Assembly: GCA_951406725.2 (NCBI GenBank)
Contig: OX597817.1
Location: 169,942,001-170,006,000, forward strand
DNA from: Octopus vulgaris
Lineage: Eukaryota
Direction: 5' to 3'
Length of the DNA: 64,000 bases
The notes beneath the pieces are model-generated. The model was not told the DNA's origin, searched no databases, and saw only the letters and a program-made list of their open reading frames with translations. Positions 24,663-38,383 of this stretch are shown here, one piece after another. Both the position numbers and the translations under genes were made by a program. Position 1 is the first letter of the stretch; every line of letters begins with the position of its first letter.

Positions 24663-26006
24663 ATTACGCAAAAAGATAAGGTTAAAGTAATACCACATTG
24701 TACATGTGTTTTAATGGCTATAATGACTATCATAGTACAATTGATTTAATACCAACACAAAATTTCAAATCAAAGTTACTTGTCTAACAATAACAACTTA
24801 AAAAAAGACATAGTAATGTCTTTCTTAAAAAGAAGATGCTTTATTTGGTAAACTGTCTTAGTTATTTAGGTGAGTGGTTAGAATTGACAATTCTTATCAA
24901 TCCTGTTGAAAATTGTCTCAGTAGTGAAATGATTTACTACAATACAGAAGGGATTAGAGTTTTCTCCCTTACATTATTGAGCTCTGCATTTCCTTCAAAA
25001 TAAATGTAAGCAACATTAGTATGATTTTTGTGATATCATGCATTTCAGGATTGGCTGACCAATGTAACTCTGAGTGGTACTGTGTCAAACAGGAATCTAA
25101 GGGTTAATTGATCAAGAACATTAATATCCATATAAACACAACTAGCAAGATATCCCAGAGAGATATAGGTAAGAGAGGAAATAGATTAAGCTCAATGCTA
25201 GAACTTGTCTAATTATTACTAAATAAATTGAATGAAAAACAGTCAACACAAGAATACTGACAAAAATGCTTTATCACTGAACCATTCCACAGAAGTATAA
25301 TCTAATTGTATATACCAGTCACAAACTGGTTATATCCAAAACATTTTCAAAAGTTTTTTAATTGTAATATACTTTCCCAGACATACAAAAAATAAGTAGG
25401 CAGCCAGCCATGATAACCAGCTGGTGCCAACCAATTTCTAACATAAACATTTTGAAATGCTGGTTATTTTTGTAATTCATTAAGTATTAATGGTCTTTTG
25501 GAAATATCATAGCTGTTGAGATATGGCTTGTAAATGAGAATCATCCAGCTGCTAGTAGAGGAAGTATGTCTATTTTGTTTGAAATATCCACCACAATTAC
25601 AGCAGAAAATGTCGATCAAAAGACACGGCAGACTATAATGTTGTGATAGTATTAGAGTAAAATAAATGAGAAAAAAAGTTAAGATTGTGATGGAGAACAA
25701 ACAACAATGGCTAAATGACAAAGATACAGCAAAATGGTTTTAATTGGTTGTTACTTTCAACAAGGAAAGAAAAAATAGAAACTGCCCAAATCAAGTTGAA
25801 GTGTTAAAAAATATTTCAAGAGACTTGAAAGAAGGTCATTCAACAATGAAATTTGTTTACCGTGTATTAATTAAATGTGTTGCAGGAATACCACAGATGA
25901 AATTGGTTTAAATAAAATACAGAAGCTGACAGGGAATAATTCTATGTGATTTTCAAGAGAAAAGCAGAATTTGTCTTTCAGCATTATCAAAAACTGGAAG
26001 GCATAA

Positions 26007-26303
26007 TGTGGTGTTGGTGGTGTTATGGGCTGTGATAAGCTATGCGATGTTGGTGGAGGGGATGACAGAAGAGGTGGGCGGAAGTAAGGCTTTCAGGGGC
26101 CAGCGGAAGACTGAAAGGGGGATGCATGGGCTGGAAGTACGTGCGGTTAGCAAGCACGGGTGGTCAGTTCCAGCAAAGAGCGCAGAGCAACAAGACGTGT
26201 TGAATTCGTGAAAGTGACCGCTGATTTCGCCGAGGTAAGGCCTGTTGTATTTCTTTCTCCCATTGCTTCTTTTTCTGTTGTCCTTTTCCTCCATCACACT
26301 ACA
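26007..26303. mobile_element. Solo LTR (297 bp)
   Basis: TGTGGTGT...ACACTACA termini with a 5-bp TSD CATAA (26002-26006 and 26304-26308). GC/CpG-rich relative to the flanks. Confidence 0.75.
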
Positions 26304-26780
26304 CATAACACAAGCATCTTTGTTACAACAAATCTAAGAAATTTTCTGTGAATTGTGCTAACACAATTTTCAATCTTTCAAACATTTTTAAAACAAATCT
26401 GGACCTGAGAAATACTAGGGAGATTTGATATAGACACAAAATAGTAATTAGTTATTGCTTGACACTTTAATGTTGAAGAAAGTGTATAAATATGATTCAG
26501 ATTGATGATATTCAACACTGTCTTAATGTCTGTTCTTCAATGCTTGCATGAGTAGTTAGACGGAATTTTCTGAGACAGACTTTCTAATGCTGGATGCTCT
26601 TCCTGTCACTAACTCTCACCTGTTTCCAAAGTAAGGCAATATTTCCCCCACCATCCTCAGATATGTTTTCACAGAATATTGGAAATAAATTATACTGCTT
26701 CTATGACAGTGATACTCATTTGCAACTATCTCATAATGTCAAACCAAAAAAACACAAACCTACTCGCACACACACATATA

Positions 26781-28078
26781 ATGGGTGAGCCAAAAAGTCT
26801 GTTCAGTTTTTGTCAACACTAAATTTCAAGCCCTCTAAGTTAGCTATTTCATGGACAGGCTGAAGTAGCTAACTTCAGTCTGTCCATGAGCACTCATTAG
26901 ATACTTAAGACATACTTAAGACACTTCTGTGTAATTCAACATGAACTTGTGATGAGACAGATTGTATTTTGTGTGCAAGGGATCACCCTGAGAATGGAGA
27001 ACCAAAACAAACATTATCGACACCTCATGCATTATGTTTTAAAAAGTGCAAGAAATTAGTTGAAAGCTGTGGGAAGATATGCACTGTGAATGGAGAGGAT
27101 GTTGTTATGGAATATGTGTGCCTGAAGTGGCTTCCAATGTTCTAACTAGGAAATTCTTTGGATCAAGATGCACCTTGCTCTAGCCAGCCACCAGAGATTA
27201 ATAGTGACAAACTAAAGGAATTAATACCAACTTTTACTATTTGATCAAGATGATTGCAGATATTCTCCAAATATCTAAATCGAGTGTTGAAAACCATCTG
27301 CATCAACTTGGCTACTTCAACAGGCCCAATATTTGGGTCCCACATCAACTGAATGAAGCTAACCCTGACCAACTGATTTCCATCTGTGACCAGTTGCAGA
27401 AAAGTGAAGAAAACAATCCTCTTTTGAGGAGCATGATAACAAGGGATGAAAAATAGATTGTCTTTAACAATGTGAAGCACAAATGATCATGGGGAAAGCA
27501 TGCCAAACCATCAGAAACTACCTCCAAAGCAGGACTTCAACTGAAGATGGTTATATTTTCATTTTGGTGGGATTGGAAAGGTGTTGTCTTTTACAAGCTT
27601 CTTCCCATGAAGAGGACCATCAGATTAGATATGCACAATGACTAGCTGAATAAACTAAATGGAGTGACCCACTAGAAGCATCCAACATTTGCTAATCATA
27701 AGGGCACTGTCTTTTGCCATAATAATGCCAGATAGCATATTTCTTTATAGATACAGCAAAAGTTACTAGGGCTTGGCTGGGAAGTTTTGCTGCACCCTCC
27801 ATATTTGCTCAACCTTGCACCTTTAGATCTCCATGTTTTGGTTTCTTCAAAATTCACTGAATAGCTAGACTTAAAACTCTGAAGTAAAAATTCACCTGGA
27901 AGAGTTTTCACCAGTAAAGACATGAAATTCTTTGGGCAGAGAATAAAGGATCTTTCTACAAGAAGGCAGAAGATTTTGTAATGAAACAGTAGTTATATCA
28001 TTGATTTCATTCACTGAATTTCAAACTTCTGTCTTACTTTTGCTTAAAAATACTGAATGAATGTTTTGGCCAAACCAA
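26781..28078 (+). mobile_element. Full-length decayed mariner transposon
   Basis: TIRs atgggtgagccaaaaagtctgttcagt / actgaatgaatgttttggccaaaccaa. Broken transposase MENQNKHYRHLM...IWVPHQL...ITRDEK*...WWDWKGVVFY...HNNAR...LLHPPYLLNLAP. Confidence 0.85.
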
Positions 28079-28447
28079 TTTGTAATGACAGGCTTCTTTC
28101 AGCTTCCATCTACCAAATCTACTCACAAGGCTTTGGTCAACCCAGGGTGATAGTAGAAGGTAGTAGGACCACATAGTTCTAGGTTCAGTTTCACTGTGTA
28201 GCACCTTGGGCAAAAATCTTCTACTATAGCTCTGAGCCAACCAAACTTTGTGAATGGATTCATAGTTGGAAACATGTGTATCTATACGTGTATGTCCTTG
28301 TGTTTGTTCCCACCACCACCACCACTTGACAACAAGTTTTGATTTGTTTGCATCCCCATAACTTTGCCTCCCTCCACAATGGCCACTGGAAGAAATGTAA
28401 CATGCTACCCAGGCTACATATTACCTGCTATTTAATAATAGGGTAGA

Positions 28448-28863
28448 GGCGGCGAGTTGGCAGAAATGTTAGCATGCCGGGCGAAATGCTTAGCGGTGTT
28501 TTGTCTGCCATTACGTTCTGAGTTCAAATTCTGCCGAGGTTCACTTTGCTTTTCATCCTTTCGGGGTCGATAAATTAAGTACCAGTTACGTACTGGGGTC
28601 GATATAATCGACTTAATCCGTCTGTCTGTCCTTGTTTGTCCTCTCTGTGTTTAGCCCCTTGTGGGTAGTAAAGAAATAGGTATTTCGTCTGACGTTACGT
28701 TCTGAGTTCAAATTCCACCGAGGTCCACTTTGCCTTTCATCCTTTCGGGGTCGATAAATTAAGTACCAGTTTACGCACTGGGGTCGACATAATCGACTTA
28801 ATCCGTCCGTCTGTCCTTGTTTGTCTCCTCTGTGTTTAGCCCCTTGTGGGTAGTAAAGAAATA
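28448..28863 (+). mobile_element. SINE family B (Deu/Nin-like core), tandem of one full and one 5'-truncated unit
   Basis: ggcggcgagttggcagaaatgttagc head. The core ctttcatcctttcggggtcgataaattaagtaccag occurs twice. Confidence 0.85.
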
Positions 28864-30021
28864 TATTTAATAATAGACTATTGCAGAGCACATTTTAAGC
28901 ACTGGATCTGTGGGGTACATCTCTATGCCACAGCTTTGCTCAGTTGGGACTGATTGAGGATACACAGCAATAACAACAATAACTACAAACCTATTTAGTA
29001 GCCACAAGAAATTTTATAGTTCCTAGCAAACAGCCATATTATACATATTCAGTTTGCATCTGTGAGTTGGTGCATTGAAGACAGAAGATTTGTGTGTGGA
29101 ACTGATTTCTGAGACACATTCTCTCCCCTGCTGTTTGTGATGTACCTCAGTGATTGGCTCTATGCCATTCTTCATATTGGTGAGTGCTTTTTCGTTTTCT
29201 TAATTCTGAGGAAGATAAATTCTGCTAACAGACACTAATTACAGAAAAGGTAAAAAGACTACATATAAAATCAGGAACTTTGAAATCGATATAAGATTGC
29301 TATGAGAAGTGATTTTTGTCCATCTTCAGGCTGTCTATATCATTACATAACATACTTATTACTGAACAATATCAACTTAGTCCAGTTGATAACAATGCAA
29401 AATTTTATACACACACACACACACTTATATATATATATATAGAATCATGTGATGGGAAAGCAGACTTTTTATCACACAGCACCTGGATAACTATTCTACA
29501 GTATACAAAGTATGTTACACAACATAACTATCCTGTGATAAAGAAATTATGCAACACAAGATGCTGTCCTATGAAACATGATATGTTATAATAGATGGTC
29601 CTCATGACCTGGAAATTAAATTTCTCTAAGCAAACTATGTCATATTTTACTCATACAGGCCTTCCCTATTTTCCCATTAAATAGCTGAACTGAAGATATA
29701 CAAAAAAAAAAAAAAAAAAAAAACTATAGGTACCCGTAGGTCTTGGTTACTGTTCTTGTTAATTAGTAGTGATCATGAAAGGGTTTGCACACATGGGCAT
29801 GCACCACATGTTATTTTGCTTTCCATTTTATTGCTTTATATGGCAAATGGACCATGGTGCATTAGTTTGTGTTTAAGGGAAATACTTTTTACGCAATTTT
29901 TAACAAACAAGTATTTTTAATATATTCTAAATTTTCCTTCAAATTATTGAGGTTGATTTTATCTATATAACTTTAGGATATACTAGAGAGAAAACACAAG
30001 GTCATACAAGAAGAGAAAAAG

Positions 30022-30408
30022 CTTAGGTGTGGTGTTAAAAAACTTGCTTTGCAACTACATAGTTTTAATTCAGTCCCACTGCACAGCACCTTGGGCAAGT
30101 GTCTTCTACCATATCCTCAGGTCAACCAATGCCTTATGAATGAATTTGGCAAAAGAAAACTGTAAGTCCATCGTGTGTGTGTTTGTCCCCACACTACTTG
30201 ATAACTGGTGTTGGTTTATTTATGTCCCAAAAACTCAGAAGTTTGGCAAACATGACTGACAGAATAAGTACCAGGCTGAAAACCTAGTACTGGGGTCAAT
30301 TTGTTCAACAAAACCCTTCATCGTGGTGCCCCAGTATAGCTGCAGTCTTATGACTATGGTAGTGCCCCAGCATGATCCACAGCTTCTAGCTGAAGCCTAT
30401 AAAAGAAT
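30022..30408 (+). mobile_element. SINE family A, degraded
   Basis: cagcaccttgggcaagtgtcttctac...gtgccccagcatg. Confidence 0.7.
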
Positions 30409-31994
30409 ATACTATATTATTAAACAGACATCATTTTGTTTAGTAGAGTTACTCTTATGTCCTCCCAGAATATCCATTGACTTAAATATAAATCAATTAT
30501 TAAATCTATTCTTTCAATTGATGAATAACTTTCAATGAATTCTTCTTTGATTGAAAGTGGCTTATCCTGATGGCAGTATAAGAGTTAGGGGTTAAGGGGT
30601 TATGTAAAGTAATAAGTCATTCAGTTTTTAGCACTCGCTTAAAAAAAATTATTCATATATATCTTCCTTCAACAAATTATTGGATTATTTTTATCATGAA
30701 ATATGAAAATGAAAGAAACTATCCTTGAATATTTAAATAACATAATACATGGAGATTTATATTTAAATGTTAAAAAAAATGTTAGTATTTGAATAAATTT
30801 GTAAAGGCAAAGTATCTATAAGATTCTGGAAAGAAGAAATCACTGAGAATTAATTTTTCTTTTTAGTTCCTTACAAAATAATATAATATAAAGTTAAAAG
30901 AAAATTTTGAATTCCAGATGTTGAGTTCTCTAAGAAGTTGCCATTAATTCTTCAATAAGTAACAAAAAGATTGCTAAATAATTGATTTTACCACGTTACA
31001 CTTGTCAATTGAAACATAACTGAAGTATGCCAATTTTGGTGTTCTGAAGAACTGCCAAGACTACTTGCAAGTTTTGTTATAATACCCAATTAGATAACTA
31101 GAAAGTATTCTACCCAAAGCTAGGTAATATTTCAAAATCCCATACAAATTCTAAGGATACAATAACATATTCTATTTAATATTTCTTTAAAAGACTTTCA
31201 TTTCAGTATTTTTAAAGAGAACAATAAAAAGAAATTACATTAAGCTTTTATATCTGCCACAGTTTCAATAGCCAAGGCAGGAACCAAGTTACTGTATTAA
31301 CAATGCATTTGGCGGTTTGATCTATAGCTTTCAGAAATCGGTTAGAAAAGAACAGAGGCTTATATTCTGAATTCTCAACAGAAAAGATTAGTTACAGAAT
31401 TACTGGTACTTTAGGTAGCAAAGTAGAAGTATTTTAGTTTGTACAAGTAAATTGTATAAGAAAAGTGTGAGAATTTATAAGTAACTGGCAAGTGTAGGTT
31501 TTCCAAATTCCTCACCTTTTATGTTCTGATGTGAAATCAGCTTTCCAGACTTCAGGTGATTAGAAATATTTCTAGAATGTCAAGAAGAGTCAAGTAGTGC
31601 CTATTGCATTGAACTAGCAAAAGTAGGAATAGTTGATACCTGAAGATGATTTAAGTATTTCACAAGGACAGACTACAGGGTAGATTAAATAAAATGTGGA
31701 ATCTGAGGAAACTCGTAAATGAACTGAAATAGGTCAGCTAAAGTTTGTTTATATTTCAGAGAGTTACTTCTACTGATATGATAAGCTAATTTAAAATTGT
31801 GAACAGGTCTGGTTTAGGGAATATATCCTTTATGGCAGGTTACACTGTTACAGCAGCTAATGGTAAGGGTTTCTGCAACCTGTTACGTATCTTCTTTGGT
31901 TACATACTTTATCCTACACTGCCAAGATCAGGTTCATATCACTGAAGTGTATAAATTACATAAATGGAAATGGAGAGGATGCAGGTGTGCAGTC

Positions 31995-32393
31995 AGTCAC
32001 CTGAAGATGTTCGACCTTTATTCTCTCGAAAAACGCCACCGCCGTGGTGATCTCATTCTCGCTCACAACATCATAAGTGAAAAGTGTAACCTCTCGAAAG
32101 AGCTGTTCTTCACTCCTGCTCTAGAGCGTGGGCTGCAGGGTCACTCCAAAAAGCTCTATCTACGACGATTTCATCTCAATCGAAGGAGAGGGACTTTCTC
32201 CGTCCAGGTTGCGGATCCGTGGAATAAGCTGCCGCATGAGATAGTGAAGATACTGATGACCACTCGGTTCAAAGTCTCTCTTGACCAGAAATGGCCTGAT
32301 CTCTTTGTATGACCACCCTCCCTCTACATAACTCCCCGTCCCCCTACATGGCCTTGCTTTTGCTTTCTGAGCCAATAAAAATTGAATTGAATT
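31995..32393 (+). mobile_element. CR1-clade LINE 3' fragment (ORF2 C-terminus, 3'UTR and (AATTG)n tail)
   Basis: LYSLEKRHRRGDLILAHNII...GLQGHSKKL...RRGTFSVQVADPWNKLP...FKVSLD; ends aataaaaattgaattgaattg. Confidence 0.9.
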
Positions 32394-34129
32394 GTCTACT
32401 CTGAAGGCTGTGGTTGCAGATTGGATAGCGGAGGTATCTTGAAGAATTTGCAAACTCATACAACACATAAGGTTTGCAATAATGGCAGGTTGATAAGAAG
32501 GAATTTGTGAAGGAGTGTGGTCTGGCAGATAGGTGTTGGACTCATGATCATGATCATAAGATCATAAATTTGATTCCTGAGCTGGGTGGCACATATCTCA
32601 AGCCTTTTCACATGAAGATAAGAACTAGCCTAGTGCTGGTGCAGTCCTTCTTTTCTCCAGCTGTCATATCCTCATTGCAGTGCTGAGTCAAGGCTAGGGG
32701 AGCCAATAGGGTGTCTATGATTGCTCATAAGCTACACAGGTACCTAAAATATTTAATGAAAGTATGATACATGCTATTAGGCCATACTCACTTGCAAGGG
32801 ATAACTATGGGTTTTTTTCCTCTTAAAGAAGGAATTGATACAAGATGTTTTAATATTGAATGGATCAGAGGGTATCAAAGATTGTACGGTTTGTTAATTT
32901 TAAGTTTGTGTAGAATAGACTGAGGTTATAAATCCTAAACTTGCTCATTTACTAAAATAAATTCATAATATTGCAGAGAAAAGAGCCAAGCAAAATAAAT
33001 TTAATGGACGGTTAGCTACTCATAACTAGGGAAAGCAAGAAAATGTGTTTTCAATCAAAGAATACTGAACGGCTGACAGTTAAAATCTGATAGGTGAAAA
33101 ACCAATGATAATGTTGCAATATTATAATACTGGAATAATATTATTATGCAGAATTATATCTAGCAAAATACTGTTGAAACCATTAATTAATAAAAAAGAA
33201 AATAACCAAAATAGTTAAATCACTGGAATTATAAAAGGATAGCTTTAAACTGCTTTTATCAAGATATAAAGGAATGTAAAATTATATCACTGAGTGTAGA
33301 ATATTAAATTGATAAAATTCATGTAAATCTCATCAAAATAGAGATAGTAAAAAGAATATTTTTAATCTATCTTTCTAACACAGAGAAACGAAATAATAAT
33401 AATAAAATTTAAAATCATGATATTTTTGAAAATAAAACCACACAGTTTGGGCTGACTTTTCTCTTCTAGAACTCAAAACATACTTATTTTAGAGCACCCA
33501 TCATACATGCTTACTTTTAATATACAATATTGATGGTTTCCTAGCAGCAACATTTTATAAGACAGAAAACCTGTTTCATTAACCCTTTTACTGAGGAAAG
33601 CAGTTTTATATACCAATCTTATCTTTTGTTGAGGAATGTTATAATATAAAACTATTATTTGTTGAAATATGTCAAGTTTATTGAGGCAACATGACTTGCA
33701 GAAAATACCAATCCTATGTTTTGGGAGATATTCAACATCAATAGTGGAATAATGATGCAATTTTATTTTTGCAGTGAAAAGGTTAAAGTTGACATAATGA
33801 ATAAAAGTGGTTTTCATCCAAGTAAGAAATATACATATCTGACACAATGTGTTCCCAAAGTAGCTCAAATCCTTTACCAAACCTATCAAATTTTCTATAA
33901 AAATATCTACTACTCCAAGCTGTGAAAAAATCTTAAAGTGTCTTCTAACAATTAGATTAGTGAACTTTCTGTTCCTTGTCAGCAACTAACCACTGGTTCT
34001 CATTTCCAGTAACTCAAAGGGAATGGAAACTCGCATAAAGACAATCGCCTTCCTTTGCTTAAGAATTTTTTCCATCTTTTTGATATTTTTATATTGACTA
34101 GCCAGTGTACTGACCCTTCGAAATACAGA

Positions 34130-34370
34130 AAACTATTTATTTACACTTGGCATCAGCAAAGCATCTGATTGCAACCATTATGAGAATGCCCAGGTGAGGC
34201 TGCTCATTATCATTTCATCATTTGAATTGAAAGTTTTCCATCAAAAAACCTTCATTACGGTAAGTGCTAATAAAGACCTCCACAACCCACATTTTATTAG
34301 TTCTGATGTCTGTCAGGGCTTGGTTATGACTCCTATCCTTTGCTTCTACACTATCAATAACTTGCTTGCT
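34130..34370 (+). mobile_element. Decayed LINE RT core fragment
   Basis: GISKASD (cf. DISKAFD) and SDVCQGLVMTPILCFYTINNLL (cf. SGVPQGSVLSP.LF...INDL). Confidence 0.6.
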
Positions 34371-34727
34371 GTGAACTCTTGCCAATGTATGAAAAAAAAA
34401 ACGTATATGTATACGTACACATGTGGGTATATCCACAATCTGCCATGCCACTCACAGCAATATTGAACAAATATGAATTGCATATAAAAGTACAGTTATG
34501 CATCTTATCACACTGATGCTAGTTTTCCTCATGAATATTCCACCATTTTCTTTCCACTTTTTTTCACTACTTCATTCCTTTCTTCCTGATCCAACCACCA
34601 TCTTCTTAACCACCCTTCCTTTGTCATGTCACTGCTTACTTTTATCATCTTTCTCTCTTGCCACCTTTTCTTTTTATCTACAGCTCAACTAATGTTCAAC
34701 ATCCTCAACTGTTACATATACTCTCTC

Positions 34728-34761
<34 letters not shown>

Positions 34762-34959
34762 CCTCTCTACCCCTTCTTCTCTCAATTCTCTTTTCATTCA
34801 AACAGTTTCCTTTTCCTTCCTGTAACAGACATGAGTACTTTATGTTTTTTTCCTGTGATTTTATTTGTGGTTTCCAAAAAAGTGGAAACATGTACGTTTG
34901 TTTTTGTACATAGTCAAACGCAACTTGTATGCATTCACATGCCCACATGTACACAGAAG

Positions 34960-35120
34960 CATGTGTATGTGTGCATGTGTATGTGTGCATGTGTATATGT
35001 GCATATGTATATGTGCATGTGTATGTGTGCATGTGTATGTGTACATGTGTATGTGTGCATGAGTATGTGTGCATATGTATGTGTGCATGTGTATATGTGC
35101 ATGTGTATGTGTGTATGTGT
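34960..35120. repeat. (GTGCATGTGTAT)-like compound microsatellite
   Basis: Direct inspection. Confidence 0.85.
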
Positions 35121-35391
35121 TTGTGTTTTTAAGGTGTGCATTTATATGCGTACTTGTTTCTAAGTGTGTGCATACATGAGTAAACATACACAGCAGTATA
35201 TAAATATGGTACATGAATGTGTGTACATGTGCATATACACATGTACATGTAAAGGTACAAATGTTGATTTTTTCCTATACCAACAAAGAAGAATGATGTG
35301 AACATTTACAATAGATGCATTTGAATACATATGTACAAATTCCCAGGAATGCATGGATGTATAACTATGTACATATGCGAGAGTGTATGCA

Positions 35392-35428
<37 letters not shown>

Positions 35429-35495
35429 TTGTTTTGTTTGTTTTTGTTTTTCCAGTTTCAGCTCTTGAGCTGTGGCCATGCTGGGGCACCGCCAT

Positions 35496-36275
<780 letters not shown>

Positions 36276-37172
36276 GTGGGTACTTATGAAAACATGTGCA
36301 TGCATATGTCAGTGTATAAGTACATTCAATTAATCAATTATTTAATTATGTACATATGTACTTCTATATGTAAGCAAGTCTGTGTGTGTGTATGTGTATA
36401 TATATATATATATGTATATATATATGATATAGGTAGTGTAACTAAATATATATACGCATGCTCCTTTTAGCTTTCCTAATTACTTATATCAGAATATTTT
36501 CAAAATTACATGCTATGATCATATCACAATAGTATTTTACAGAATATTGTACTGGCTTCCATGGCAAAGCTATAAATATATCTTGTGGAAATTTTGAATC
36601 ACAATTTGAAAAGTGCTTTCTCACAGAAGACTATATTCCTACATAACTAACCCCTGTAATATTTTCGGGTAATTATGTGACTTACCATCTTCTATGCTTG
36701 CATGGATCACACAGTTTGACAGGAGCTAGTAAACCAGAGGACTGTGCCACTCTTTTGACATGGTTTTTACAGCTGGATGCCCTTCCTAATGCCAACCACT
36801 GTACAGAATGGACTAATGCTTTTTATGTAGCACCAGCACCAGCAAGGTCACCAAGTAATATGCAACATAAAGTCCCCTTAAATGTGAGAGCGAGTGGCAT
36901 TGAGGAAGGTGGATTTTGCCAGGTGATGAGGGGTTAGGGTATGACAGTGGTATAGAAACAAATGTCTTGCTGTAGAGGATATACATGACTACCCCAGTCA
37001 GGGAAGGAGATAGAGTTAAAGAGGAATGGTGGCATTGGACCAGAACATACTCTTAAGGTACAGAGGTGAATATAAATGGAATGGTAGAGGATTATCCAGA
37101 ATGCAAAGGAGAAGAGGGGACAAAGCACTGAGTGGTATACACAGGTATATGGGGAGGGGGTACAGATGACAG

Positions 37173-37210
<38 letters not shown>

Positions 37211-37230
37211 TATGGGCTCCGTGTGGGCAA

Positions 37231-37421
37231 TCATCATCATCATCATCATCATCGTTTAGCGTCCGTTTTCCATGCTAGCATGGGTTGGATGGTTCTACTG
37301 GGGTCTGTGAAGCCAGAAGGCTTCATCAGGCCCAGTCAAATCTGGCAGTGTTTCTACGGCTGGATACCCTTCCTAACGCCAACCACTCCGTGAGTGTAGT
37401 GGGTGCTTTTTACATGCCACC
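37231..37421 (-). mobile_element. Family C retroposon copy
   Basis: Near-identical to 10738-10921. Confidence 0.8.
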
Positions 37422-37446
37422 CATCTAAAAGTTTTTTGTGCATTTT

Positions 37447-37574
37447 GATGTTGACATAAGTTCCTTGCTTTTCCTGATGAGAAAGCGGCATAATATACTC
37501 CTTATTCCTTCGCAATTAGGAATATGCAGCCTTCGAAACATATGTCGAAAATAAAGGAATTTTGTTAATTCGTC
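37447..37574 (+). ncRNA. Minimal type-I hammerhead ribozyme within a Penelope-like pLTR (~37423-37752)
   Basis: UUUUC-CUGAUGA(37474-80)-GAAAGCGGCAUA...UAUGCAGCCUUC-GAAA(37535-38)-C AUAU G-UC(37546)-GAAAA. Palindromic ACAUAUGU; stem I extends as UUCCUU/AAGGAA and UUGACA/UGUUAA. Confidence 0.8.
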
Positions 37575-37970
37575 GTTCAGCTCCATTCTTTCATATATTT
37601 ATATTTTTAAAATAAACATACAAATTTCCACACGAAAGCACATAATCTATGCCCTAGGCACGTAACTTCAACCGTGTTTTTTCTGATGTGAATTTGCTAC
37701 CCAGGTATCGGTTAACCGAATTATCCATACTAGGATAACTCATTCAACTACTTATATATATATATATATATATAAAATCTGAAGTGGCAGAAAAATAACA
37801 GTGAATGTGCAAAATAGAGGTCAATAAACAAATACAAGAATAAAACAATACCCAAATTATAAGCATATCACCGAAACTGAGTTATAACAGTTCTTGCCTG
37901 AAGATTATGGTGTTGTGAAACTTGAGTCAAAAGAAAAACATTCAGTTTTAATAAACTGTACATACATATA

Positions 37971-38281
37971 TCATCATCATCATCATCAACATTTAGCGTC
38001 CGTTTTCCATGCTAGCATGGGTTGGAGGGTTCAACTGGGGTCTGTGAAGCCGGACGGCTTCATCAAGCCCAGTCTAATCTGGCAGTGTTTCTACGGCTGG
38101 ATGCCCTTCCTAACGCCAACCACTCCGTGAGTGTAGTGGGTGCTTTTTACATGCCACTCGCACAGGTGCCAGATGGAGCTGGCAAACGGCCACGAACGGA
38201 TGGTGCTTTTACGTGCCAGCGGCACGGGGGCCAGGTGAGGCTGGCAACGGACACGAGCGGATGGTGCTTCTACGTGCCAGT
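37971..38281 (-). mobile_element. Family C retroposon copy
   Basis: Reverse complement of the 22046-22341 type. Confidence 0.8.
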
Positions 38282-38335
38282 GCTTAATATATACATACAC
38301 ACACACATACATATATACACATATAAAGACACATT

Positions 38336-38383
<48 letters not shown>

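Noticed and set aside
33473-33985. 170-aa ORF
   Set aside because: AT-rich composition, non-ATG start, no recognisable motif or splice support.
34712-35214. HT/CV-rich ORFs (also 38091-38647 and 38975-39373)
   Set aside because: Compound microsatellite artefacts.
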